DNA of 31,392 bases from Octopus bimaculoides (Eukaryota), in NCBI RefSeq assembly GCF_001194135.2, contig NC_068986.1:4725145-4756536 (forward strand). Reading direction: 5' to 3'. Each line of letters starts with the position of its first letter. Position 1 is the stretch's first letter. The notes under the pieces are model-generated. The model was not told the DNA's origin. It saw only the letters and a program-made list of their open reading frames with translations, and ran no database searches. The translations under genes and the position numbers were made by a program. Shown in pieces: positions 11,430 to 21,742 of this stretch.

Positions 11430-12340
11430 GATTACGGTTTGGCCAAAGAGAATTTTTGTCTTCAGCCCTTCCAATCTCATCTATCACACAATTTCTTTTG
11501 CCAAAAGTAGCCAGACAGATGAAAACTGCCTGTCCTTCCTAGTCAAAGAAGGTAGTAGGACAATCTTCAGAATAGACTCAGCTTATAGCTGGATCCATTC
11601 AACATGAAATAGCAGATGTTCAACATAACTCCACAAGTCAGCAATAGCTGGGCTTGGGACGAGTGTATGCAGAACAGTTTCATCATTGTGCATGTATCTC
11701 AGGCAGGCTCAACTGATAGTACTCCCATGCCTGAAGAGTTTATCCAAAACCAGCAATATCCCCTGGTAGCACTGCCAGGCCAGGGATTTCTAAAAATTAT
11801 CCATGGGCTGCAGCCCAAAAGTCTTTTGGAACACACCAGCCAGATGATTTTCATTGTTGCCTGTGGTATCCCTCAGAATAGCATTGCTCTTGCCCACCAC
11901 AAACCTGCTACAGCAAGCCAGAGTAGAACTTCTAATGACTTCAGTGCCTCACTGGCAGAGGGCTGTGAGAGCCTGATAATACTCTAGCTGCCAGGTGACA
12001 ACCTTGGTCTACACTTGATCCAGGGCTGCATTTCTGTCAAAGAGAAGGGCAATGAAAATGCCTATTTGACATTTAATGACCACACCTACTCACTGTCAAG
12101 GAACTGCTGGAGATGTCACAGCCACAGCATGCCCGGTTCTCCACTAAGCAGATATTGACAGTAAATGGAGCATCTGACCAGTGGAATGTGTCTCCTCCAT
12201 AGTGGAAGAGCAGGTACTCCAGTTTGGTAAGATGTATTAGGACCACACTTTCTTTAAAAGGAATTCAACAGTTTTTTTAAAGGAATGTCACAGAAGTTTC
12301 CCATTACCATGCTAGCAAATTAGTTGACATATTCCTGCTG
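11430..12340 (-). mobile_element. RTE/BovB-like LINE 5' part (AP endonuclease relic)
   Basis: The minus strand across frames gives LAW*WET (LAxWNVRT-like, ~12320), VGVVIK (GVGFxIK), YQALT (YAPT), KFYSGL, NHLAGVFQKTFGLQPMDN and ETVLHTLVPSPAIAD (DVLHTRVMPSADC-like). Heavily decayed; GC is higher than the flanks. Confidence 0.6.
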
Positions 12341-12713
12341 TTGCTGCTATCAACAAGTATTGAACAAGTCACAAAGTGAATCAGTGTGAGTTTGTATCAT
12401 TGATACTTAACAACTATAGTTCTCCCTTTTTCTTAAGCAATTCACAACAGATATCTGAATAAAAGTTAAAAGGCTTTAATTTGTAATCAGAATCAAGACA
12501 CAGACTAATTAAGTACAACATATAGGATTTCTCTATGTAGACATTTAGTAATGAACAAATTAGCAAACCAGGAAATGAGTGTAATGATTGAATCACATTT
12601 TTTATCTACATCACTATCTATTGTAAAAAAAAATATCAGGTAACAAGACTACATGAGTTATATGTGTTTAATCAGAAATCATTCCCCCAATGACATCAAA
12701 TGGTTAAATATGT

Positions 12714-13509
12714 AAAGTGGGCAGAATTCTGGTTTAATCACCTCATATTACCCCTCATAATTTCTTTTTAATTTTTGGAATTTTCAGAAAAAGTTTGTGA
12801 ATTTGTGTTCTACACACAGGAATTCATACGATTATGAAAAAAATTCTTTTTAATTTTTTAAAATCCCCTCCATTCCCATCCCACACTGATAAATCCTAAA
12901 ATTTCCACTCTTTTTCAAATTTTTGTTTTTACTTCAGAGTTTAAGCGAACAGTCCAAATTTTTTGCTTAAATCTCAACAGTGGACCACTTTTGGTGGCAT
13001 CATCATTTCATTAAATATGCTCATAGGGAGAAAAAATATAGGTTTCAAATTTTGGCATAAGGCCAAAAATTTTGAAGGAGGGTGCTAGTCGATTACATCG
13101 CCCCCAGTGTTCAATTGGTACTTAATTTATCACCCCCCCCCTCAAAGGATGAAAGGCAAAGTTAACATTGATGGAATTTGAACCTAGAACGTGCTGACAG
13201 ATGAAATACCACTAAGTATTTTGCCTGGTGTGCTAACAATTCTGCCATGTTGCCACCTTTTGCGGAAAAAATATATATCAAAAAACAAATACTTGTCAGA
13301 GTTACAAAGAAACAAGGATAATATCAGGTAGTCATAGGATGTTCTAAAAACAACAGCTAAATCACCCTTAAATCACACACACAAAATGTTTTTCATAATC
13401 ATATAAATTCCTGTATGTAGAACACAAATTTACAAAAGTTTTCTGAAAATTCCAAAAAATAAAAAAGTTACAAGGGTTTATACAGGGTACTTAAACTAGA
13501 ATTCCACTG
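12714..13509. mobile_element. MITE-like DNA element with ~130-bp terminal inverted repeats and TA flanks (Tc1/mariner/pogo type)
   Basis: 12771-12845 matches the reverse complement of 13385-13460 at about 90% (about 7 mismatches in 75 nt), with weaker similarity out to the ends. Right end ttccactg|TA (13509); left end TA|aagtgg (12714). A SINE is nested inside. Confidence 0.65.
13041..13259 (-). mobile_element. tRNA-derived SINE family B (MetaSINE-like core), nested in the MITE
   Basis: The reverse complement has an A-box-like tggcagaattg, a B-box ggttcaaattcc and the core ctttgcctttcatccttt..ggggtgataaattaagtacc. Confidence 0.8.
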
Positions 13510-13689
13510 TAAAGGGGTTATATAAAGGAACTGACAATTTTCTTTGAGAATTAGAACTTACAATTGTTTTGTGCCACAACTTACATGATGCACAAGTAGA
13601 AGTAGTAGTTTAGCCCCTGTTTAGCCTTTTGATCAAGCAGAACTATGATCAAATATGTTCCAGACTTGACCATCCTGTCTTCTGAGTGG

Positions 13690-14135
13690 TATCTAAGATA
13701 ATGTTGTCCAACGTATCCTTCTGTATATGACGACAGTAAGGTCTTCACAAGTCCACAGTTCATCCTTCTACAGAATATCGTTGTCATATACGGGTAGGTG
13801 CACCATCTTGTCCCTTGGATCTCCTCAATCAAGTCCTCTCTCTGTTTCAGCTCTGCAACTCTTGTCACATCGATTTGACATCATCAGTCTTAGTCTTTTC
13901 TATTGTTATCATCTCAGGATGAACTTTCTCTCTTAGTTCCAGATCACTTTGTGCTATCGCACCTGACTCCAAACTCACAGTGTCTTTTATCCAAATGCTG
14001 TTGTACTTCCAATAATAAGGAAGTCTTTCTACAGTTGTAACTTTTTCCTTGAACTGCCAGACTTTATAACTTTCCTCCATCTCCTTCTTATGACCATAAC
14101 TCTTTCAAGTCTAAAGTAAATTCATTCCTTTCAAC
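13690..14135 (+). mobile_element. CR1/L2-group LINE 3' end (RT C-terminus)
   Basis: PSTEYRCHIRVGAPSCPLDLLNQV (PxMEYCCHIWAGAP-like), LQLLSHRFDIISLSLFYCY and NFF.RTARLYNFP..SYDHNSFKSKVNSFL. Confidence 0.75.
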
Positions 14136-14569
14136 TTAATTTCTCCTTCTCATAGTCCTTTGCACTAAGTGACTTCTTACATTTTTTGAGACTTTCTTAT
14201 AACAAAAAAAAAAAAAATGTGAGAGAGATTTGACTGTTGCTTCTAGCAGATACAGTAACCATGTAGAGGCTGTCGCATTTGTTAATATTTGTAGTAATAC
14301 TATAGTAGCAGCAGCAATGGCAATAATAGCTTTCCATATTATAAGATCTGACAACATGAACTTAATGCTATTGCAATGAAGATTTGGAAAATTCTTCAAT
14401 ACCATTAGAGAATATTTTTAATATTACATTTCCCTGGTCTTTGAATAACATTAGCTCATAGTAAAACAGAATCAGATTTTCAATTTAAAAATAAAATTAA
14501 TATTAATCTGTTTAAATTATCATCATTGTTTATGTCCTCTCTCTATACTAGCTTGAGTTGGACAGATCA

Positions 14570-14708
14570 AAAGAGACTGGTAGAATAAGTGTCAGGCTTA
14601 AAAAAGAAGAAAACCAAGTACTGGAGTCGATTCATTCATCTAAAGACTCTTCAAGGCGGTGCCCCAGTATGGCCACAGTCTAATGACTAAAACATGTAAA
14701 AGATAAAG
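14570..14708 (+). mobile_element. SINE family A 3'-half fragment
   Basis: tagaataagtgtcaggctt...caaggcggtgccccagtatggccacagtctaatgactaaaacatgtaaaaga. Confidence 0.75.
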
Positions 14709-14833
14709 CCATTGAAATTGTACTACTCTCTTTCAGCATCCAAGCATTACTGACTTGCAAAATTATATCCAACAGCTGCTGCTGTTGTGTGTAGGATAAG
14801 TTTGGTTACAATCTCAATTTGGTTACACTCAAA

Positions 14834-15264
14834 GGAGTGGTTGTGTGGTAAGAAGCTTACTTACCAACCACATAGTTCCGGGGTCAGTCCCATCCCACTG
14901 TGTGGCACCTTGGGGAAGTGCCTTCTACTATAGCTTCGGGCTGACCAAAGCTTTGTGAGTGGATTTGGCAAACGGAAATTGAAAGAAGCCCGTCGTATAT
15001 GTATGTATATNNNNNNNNNNTATATATATATATATGCATGTATATATGTATGTATTTATGTGTCTGTGTTTGTCCCCCTACCATTGCCTGACAACCGAAG
15101 CTGGTGTGTTAACATCCCCGTAACTTAGCAGTTCAACAAAAGAGACCGATAGAATAAGTACTAGGCTTATCAAGAATAAGTCCTAGGGTCATTTTGTTCA
15201 ACTAAAGGCAGTGCTCCAGCATGGCTACAGTCAAATGACTGAAACAAGTAAAAGAATAAAAGAA
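14834..15264 (+). mobile_element. Full-length tRNA-derived SINE family A (octopus-type, internal TA/TG microsatellite)
   Basis: tRNA-like head with A/B-box-like motifs, body ggcaccttggg.aagtg.cttctactatagc, internal microsatellite (contains the 10-N gap), 3' half ending gactgaaacaagtaaaagaataaaagaa. Family naming needs a repeat library search. Confidence 0.92.
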
Positions 15265-15294
15265 TCAATTCCATCATGACAACTGCCTCACTAC

Positions 15295-15433
15295 CTTTCT
15301 TGGGCCAAGGAAGAGAAGTAGTTTTCCTCTGCCTCATGGCTACAGTGAAATAACTTGCATGACAGACAAGATTGAAAGGAATGAACACAGATACGTTCTG
15401 CTTTGGTGAGGCTTTCATCAACTTCTTCAAATT
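15295..15433 (-). CDS. Exon of the unidentified host gene (xFEEVDESLTKAERICVHSFQSCLSCKLFHCSHEAEENYFSSLAQE-R)
   Basis: Strong acceptor cctttctttcctattag; 139 nt, phase 1 to 2; G-start/T-end codon bias. The donor AAG|gtagtg is weak, and read-through gives R-TAG-TGA, so it could be a terminal exon instead. Confidence 0.6.
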
Positions 15434-15984
15434 CTAATAGGAAAGAAAGGTGGTAGATGTTGTCCTCTAATAAATCTGTTTCAAGGTGTATAAGAAAGGT
15501 GAGAGCAACCTACATTAATGGACCTACATTCAGTATAACAATAATGAAATTATTGTGTATAGTGCTCAGGCAAAATACAACTCATCAAAGGTGCATGTAT
15601 AGTACATAGAATTACATACTAATTATGTGCATGCATACTGTAGAACACAGTTGAAAGACAACGCCTGCCTCTGGTAGAATAATTTTGGATCAGTGGGGTT
15701 CCTTGGTTGGTTCAAGGTGGCTCACTTTAGAATATCTCATTTTATTCTTTTTCCATTGATTAAAAAAAAAAAAAAATTTTGTTATGACTATTTTTCATAA
15801 CTAATTCACCCTAAATACTAGTTACAGAATGGATTCCACTAATATGTCACTCAGCTTAACATCCTAAGCAACAGATTAAGTCTACCACCCAAATAAGCCA
15901 CAGTGAGATTTGAACTCAGAACACAAACAAAGCAATTATCAAAAGGTAATCCAGACTAACAATCTTTAAAGTATCTTTCTTTAC

Positions 15985-16100
15985 CTCCTGCTTTTCAACC
16001 CTGGAAAACAAAGTCGACCTCAGCAGGATTTGAACACAGAACAAATACCATGAGCCATTTTATCCAATGTTCTAACAACTCAACCAATTCACTACCTACT
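15985..16100 (-). mobile_element. SINE family B remnant
   Basis: caaagtcgacctcagcaggatttgaacacagaac is the reverse complement of the family B head/core junction. Confidence 0.6.
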
Positions 16101-17044
16101 GAAACTTAAGTGAAAATAAATTAATAGGCCACTTTTTAAACAATTGAATTTTTATTTTAAAAGAAAAATAATGATACTTTTGGGGAAAAAGAAATTTCAT
16201 AATTAACCAATCCAACAAAATGTCCAGGCACCAGAATGGAATTACTGCTTTATTGTCCAAAGCTGATCATTAAAAGTTAGATTTATACATAATATTATAT
16301 AACAAATATAGCTAATTGCTGAAGTATTATCTTTTAAAGACAATTATTGATCAATTAAAAGATTTCATTTGTCTGTTTCCTTCTAATTGATCAACTAAAA
16401 GTTAATGATATACAATCAATTGGCAATTCTCATAAATAATTATATTCTTTAATTTCATGTGGAATCATATATTTCTTATTTGCAATTTCTGTTTTTATAC
16501 CAATTTTGAAAGAAAAAGGGAAAAGAAATAAGAATAAATAAAATACAACTTCTTATGAAAAATGGAAGATAATAGGGGAAATCAGTTTCCTAATTAAATC
16601 TGTCTTCCAGAAATAATTATTTTCTGAATTATCTTTAAAATTATAAAGCAAGTTTGTGTGTGTGTGTGTTTATGTGAAAAGATTTATTTTGTCTAAGTTG
16701 TAAAAGCAACTTATGGACGCTTGAAGGAAATAATTGTAATTCTCACAGAAAATGTTTTGGGTTTTATCACTGCATAATTATTAATTATTTATTAAAGTGA
16801 ACATTATTCACAAGATAACGTTCTTTATTTGACAAGTGTTCTAATCACTCAATAGAATAATCTATTCAGGAAACTAGTTTTGACTTGTGTATTTCTTCAA
16901 AGTTACAAGGATTTAAGTCAGAGATTATCATTCCAATAGATCCTAATAAACCAAAATTTACCCATGGTGTTATCATTAAATAACATTTCACAAATTCACA
17001 AGTAATAATCCTTCCTACTATAGGCACAAGACCTGAAACTTTTC

Positions 17045-17276
17045 ATCTTTTACTTGCTTCAGTCAGTGGACTGTGACCATGCTGAAGTACTACTGAGAAA
17101 AGTTTTTTATTAGTCAAATGAATTAACCCCAGTACTTATTTTTAAGTCTGGTACTAATTTTATCAGTCTCTACCAAACTGCTAAGTCATGAAGACATAAA
17201 GAAATCAATACTGGTTGCCAAGCAGTAGTGGGAGTCAAAGAAACAATGGCATACACACACATACATACAGACAGAC

Positions 17277-17318
<42 letters not shown>

Positions 17319-17490
17319 ACACACACAACAGGTGTCTTTTACCCTTTTAGTTTCCATCTACCAAATACAATCAGAAGGTTTTGGTCAGTGTGGGACTATA
17401 ATAGAAAACACTTAACCAAGGTGTCACATCATGGGACTGAACCTGGAACCATGTGGTTGGGAAGCAATCTTCTTACCAAGCAACCAGCAA
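17045..17490 (-). mobile_element. Full-length SINE family A
   Basis: Both halves are present around a central microsatellite; the head ends at ggttgggaagcaatcttcttacc. Confidence 0.88.
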
Positions 17491-17634
17491 ACTTCTTTAA
17501 TGAAAAAAGTTTGGCTAAGAATTACTGGTTAATATTGTACAGCAAGCAATTACTAATTATATACTGTACAACTTAGACATTCCAGTATCTATTTTAATGA
17601 ACATCGAATAGGCTCCAATATGCTTTTAATATAT

Positions 17635-17793
17635 AGGCGTAGCTGAGTAGTAATAAGCTTGCTTCCCAATTACATGGTTCTGGACTCAGTTCCACTGCAT
17701 GGCTCCTTGGGCAAGTATCTTCTACTATAGCCTAAGGCCAACAAAAACCTCATGAGCGGGTCTGATAGATGGAAACTGAAAGAAGCCCATCGT
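17635..17793 (+). mobile_element. SINE family A 5' half
   Basis: aagcttgcttcccaattacatggttctggactcagttccactgc...gaaactgaaagaagcccatcg. Confidence 0.85.
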
Positions 17794-17796
17794 ATG

Positions 17797-17829
<33 letters not shown>

Positions 17830-18764
17830 GTATGTTGGTGGTGATGATGATGATAATTTTTAACCAAAAACATGTGTGCAGACCCATACACACACAAACA
17901 CACATACTCTTATATATGTCATGTGTCATATATTCTTCCATATCTCTACTACTAATTACAACTATATTGTTGAACATTTTATTAAATATACATGCAACTA
18001 ACTAAACAAAAGCTATCATTAATAATCATACAATGAAAATGGTGCAAGCATCACAAAAAAACTGTTTTTTCTGTAACATTCTGATTAGCCAAAGGCAAAT
18101 ACATTAACAGTTCAGAATATATCTTTAGGGTTTCACAATATGAACTTGTATGCATGCTCAAAAAGCTAAAGCTACTTTTATTTGTTTTCAGAAGCCGTAC
18201 ATAAACAGATATTGCCAAAGAAAACAATGTTTTTGAGGTATATAACAATCAAAAATAGTTTAAAGCAAATTCATTTAAGAAAAATAATGTAACAAATAAG
18301 TGAATAAGGAAAATAAATGGAACATTTCTGAATTGTAAGCGAATCAGTAAAGAAATAATCAAATGAGAAAAATATTGCCTCTGGTGAACACAGAGACAGC
18401 CTGGCAACTGGTGTAAGGTCTACATACAACTTTCAAACATGAAGTGTTATTTACATTACATTCTTATTGAACAATGTTAAAAATCAATTAGTTTGTGTTC
18501 ATTTATTCGGAATAATAATATTGTTGCTGTTGATGCTGCTGCTGTTATAATATGGAACTTAGTAAGAACCATAAAAAGAAAAAATAAGAATAACAGAGAC
18601 AGGGACAATGTGAGGGAGATGACAAGCAGATTATCATAGCATAACATCCTGTCAAAGGTACCTTTAATCTCACATTAAGCCAGACTGTCAAGCAGATGTT
18701 GATTTGATGAAGGATATGAAACACATATATTCAACATCTGACACAGACAAGGTTGTATGCTTAA

Positions 18765-18915
18765 GATATTTCCTTCCTAACTGCAAGGTTTCAGGTTGAC
18801 TCGCATTGTGTTACACTTTGGGTAAGTGTCTTCTAAGATAGCTTAGAGTCAACCAAAGTTCTACCATACAATTTGAGAGCAAAATTTGGTAGACAAAAAC
18901 TGAGCAGAAGCCAAA
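18765..18915 (+). mobile_element. Old SINE family A 5' half
   Basis: ctttgggtaagtgtcttct...aatttggtagacaaaaactgagcagaagcc. Confidence 0.65.
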
Positions 18916-18989
18916 TTTATGTATACCTGTATATGTGTGTATAAATATATATATATATATGTGTGTGTGTGTATATGTATGTATATATT

Positions 18990-19190
18990 CTTTTATTCTT
19001 TTACTTGTTTCAGTCATTTGACTGTGGCCATGCTGGAGCACCACCTTTAGTTGAACAAATTGACCCCAGGACTTATTCTTTGTAAGCCTAGTACTTATTC
19101 TATTTTTTTTTTTTGCTGAACCGCCTGGTGACGGGGATGTAAACACATCAACATTGGTTGTCAAGCGATGATGGGGGAGACAAACACAGA
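18990..19190 (-). mobile_element. SINE family A 3' half
   Basis: tcttttacttgtttcagtcatttgactgtggccatgctggagcaccacctttag...ggggagacaaacac. Confidence 0.88.
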
Positions 19191-19227
19191 CACAAATAAC
19201 AAATACATACATTTATATATATATACT

Positions 19228-19600
19228 CTTTTACTTGTTTCAGTCATTTGACTGTGGCCANNNNNNNNNNNNNNNNNNNNNNNNNNNNNNNNNNNNNNNN
19301 NNNNNNNNNNNNNNNNNNNNNNNNNNNNNNNNNNNNNNNNNNNNNNNNNNNNNNNNNNNNGCCGAACCACTAAGTTACGGAGACGTAAACACACCAGCAT
19401 CGGTTGTCAACGATGTTGGAGAACAAACACAGACACACAAACATATACACATACATATATACAACGGGCTTCTTTCAGTTTCCGTCTTCCAAATCCACTC
19501 ACAAGGCTTTGGTCGGCCCAAGGCTGTAGTTGAAGACACTTGCCCAAGGTGCCATGCAGTGGGACTGAACCCAGAACCATGTGGTTCTTAAGCAAGCTAC
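19228..19600 (-). mobile_element. Full-length SINE family A spanning a 100-N gap
   Basis: The 3' end lies before the gap; the rest of the 3' half, the microsatellite and the tRNA-like head lie after it. Confidence 0.88.
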
Positions 19601-20074
19601 TTTATGTCTGTCTGTCTTTGTCTGTCCTCTCTATGTAACGCTGTTAATGGCAAATGAGCTTAGATAATTTTAAAAACCAATGTAACAATGAAATTAATTT
19701 GTTAAAACTACAACTTTTGACAATTTTTTATATAGAAAATATGATGGTTATATAGTACAATATTGTATTTGCTTCATCAACCATCATTAATTAATTAAGA
19801 TTCAGTTCAAAGTAAAATATTTTTGTTGTGACATCTATTTAGATGCTTCTCTCTGGTGAAGTTTTCTGTATAATGCAATAAATTTTATGTGTTACCAAAG
19901 AAGATTTTCTGGCAAATGTACACACAATAGATATAACAGACATTCAACCAAATGATATTATATTAGATGGCTTTCAGATACATTCTTTAGACCAAATTTT
20001 TCTTATTCTAAATGAGGTAGTATCTTCAAAGAAAATATTTATCATAATTCAAGATTCATCTAAGCACGAACATG

Positions 20075-20180
20075 AGTGTGTAGTTAAAAAGCTTGCTTTG
20101 CAATCATGTGGTTTGGAAAATGCCTTCTATTGTATTCTTTGGCCCACCAATGCCTTGTGAGGGAATTTGATAGACAGAAA
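20075..20180 (+). mobile_element. SINE family A 5' fragment
   Basis: gtgtagttaaaaagcttgctttgcaatcatgtgg...gccttgtgagggaatttgatagacagaaact. Confidence 0.7.
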
Positions 20181-20405
20181 CTGGCAGAAACACTAGCACA
20201 CCAGGTGAAATGCTTAGCGGTATTTTGTCTGCCATTATGTTCTGAGTTCAAATTCCACCGAGGTCGACTTTGCCTTTCATCCTTTTGGGGTCAATAAATT
20301 AAGTACCAGTAACACACTGGGGTGGATGTAATCAACTTAATCCTTTGGTCTATCCTTGTTTGTCCCCTCTATGTTTAGCCCCTTGTGGGCAATAAAGGAA
20401 TAAGA
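20181..20405 (+). mobile_element. SINE family B (MetaSINE-like core)
   Basis: gttctgagttcaaattccaccgaggtcgactttgcctttcatccttttggggtcaataaattaagtaccag. Confidence 0.85.
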
Positions 20406-20424
20406 AATTGTGTGGAAGCCCTTC

Positions 20425-20461
<37 letters not shown>

Positions 20462-20462
<1 letters not shown>

Positions 20463-21072
20463 ATTTTCTCCCTGTCTCCATCTGTTTTCTTTCCTCATTC
20501 CTTTCTATAGAAGAGCATATGCTCAAAACATCAAAGCCTTTTATTTTTCTTGAGCATCAAACTAATACACCTTGTGTGTTGTTCCCTCACCTGTCTCTTT
20601 CTTTTGTTTTTTTTTCTTTTGTATAATTTTGAATCATGTAAGATATATGCTTATGTGATCAGCTCAGCTTGATCTTGGCTGATTGAGCCTCCTCCTCTCT
20701 CAGACTCTCATCTCCTCCCTACTTACTTTTCAGACTTTTGCCACCACTCCACCCAGATTACCATTGGAATTTTATACTACTCGGATTCTACCATCATGGA
20801 TCTTACTGTTCACTGTTGTTGATTTGTATCAGACCAATCTACCACAACTTCACGAAGTTCTTGAACTTCTTGAACACTTCATACATTACACATATTGTTT
20901 CTCTCTATTTTTCTTCTTTCTCCATCTGTTTTCTCTCCTCATTTCTTTCTGTAGAAGAGGATAGGCTTGAAACATCAAAGACTTTTCCTATTCTTCTTGA
21001 GTGTCAAACTAAATCTCCTTCTTTGTTGTTCCTTCACCTGTCTCTGTCTTTTGATTTTTGTATAGTTTCGAA

Positions 21073-21074
<2 letters not shown>
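20462..21074 (+). mobile_element. Penelope-like or retrozyme-like unit: two ~170-bp direct repeats, each with a decayed minimal hammerhead motif
   Basis: ctccatctgttttct starts at 20476 and 20920 (offset 444). Hammerhead-like blocks lie at 20501-20536 and 20944-20981. The spacer has a weak Penelope RT-like reading (NFTKFLNFLNTS). Confidence 0.6.
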
Positions 21075-21116
<42 letters not shown>

Positions 21117-21742
21117 GAAAGGTTAGCAAAACTATACAGAGTTATACTACCAGTGGCCGAGCATGTAAAAAAGTCAGTAGACAACNNNNNNNNNNNNNNN
21201 NNNNNNNNNNNNNNNNNNNNNNNNNNNNNNNNNNNNNNNNNNNNNNNNNNNNNNNNNNNNNNNNNNNNNNNNNNNNNNNNNNNNNNNNNNNNNNNNNNNN
21301 NNNNNNNNNNNNNNNNNNNNNNNNNNNNNNNNNNNNNNNNNNNNNNNNNNNNNNNNNNNNNNNNNNNNNNNNNNNNNNNNNNNNNNNNNNNNNNNNNNNN
21401 NNNNNNNNNNNNNNNNNNNNNNNNNNNNNNNNNNNNNNNNNNNNNNNNNNNNNNNNNNNNNNNNNNNNNNNNNNNNNNNNNNNNNNNNNNNNNNNNNNNN
21501 NNNNNNNNNNNNNNNNNNNNNNNNNNNNNNNNNNNNNNNNNNNNNNNNNNNNNNNNNNNNNNNNNNNNNNNNNNNNNNNNNNNNNNNNNNNNNNNNNNNN
21601 NNNNNNNNNNNNNNNNNNNNNNNNNNNNNNNNNNNNNNNNNNNNNNNNNNNNNNNNNNNNNNNNNNNNNNNNNNNNNNNNNNNNNNNNNNNNNNNNNNNN
21701 NNNNNNNNNNNNNNNNNNNNNNNNNNNNNNNNNNNNNNNNNN

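Noticed and set aside
11616-11987. 123-aa plus-strand ORF as a host gene
   Set aside because: It is the antisense shadow of the RTE endonuclease relic; no splice context or recognisable domain.
14136-14405. Hydrophobic 89-aa minus-strand ORF as a membrane protein exon
   Set aside because: Hydrophobicity comes from a low-complexity GCT/ATT stretch and a poly-T run; no convincing donor, and the end overlaps the CR1 fragment.
14834-14910. tRNA genes at SINE heads (also 17420-17490, 22280-22353, 26970-27045, 30160-30225)
   Set aside because: A/B-box-like motifs are present but there is no complete cloverleaf, and each continues into a SINE body.
18192-18237. Plus-strand 46-nt mini-exon (ttttcag|...GAG|gtatat, EAVHKQILPKKTMFLR)
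   Set aside because: Isolated, opposite to the other exon candidates, and such sites arise by chance in AT-rich DNA.
18330-18419. Minus-strand exon candidate (YLTPVARLSLCSPEAIFFSFDYFF)
   Set aside because: It would fit in phase after exon 25694-25819, but I found no credible GT donor.
18990-19600. Adjacent SINE 3' halves around a 100-N gap as an assembly duplication
   Set aside because: The overlapping parts differ at many positions, so they are independent copies.
21119-21185. Inverted Penelope terminus tail-to-tail with the hammerhead unit
   Set aside because: Similarity to the repeat end is limited to about 15 nt (tgtatagttt) and the segment runs into a gap; not enough evidence.
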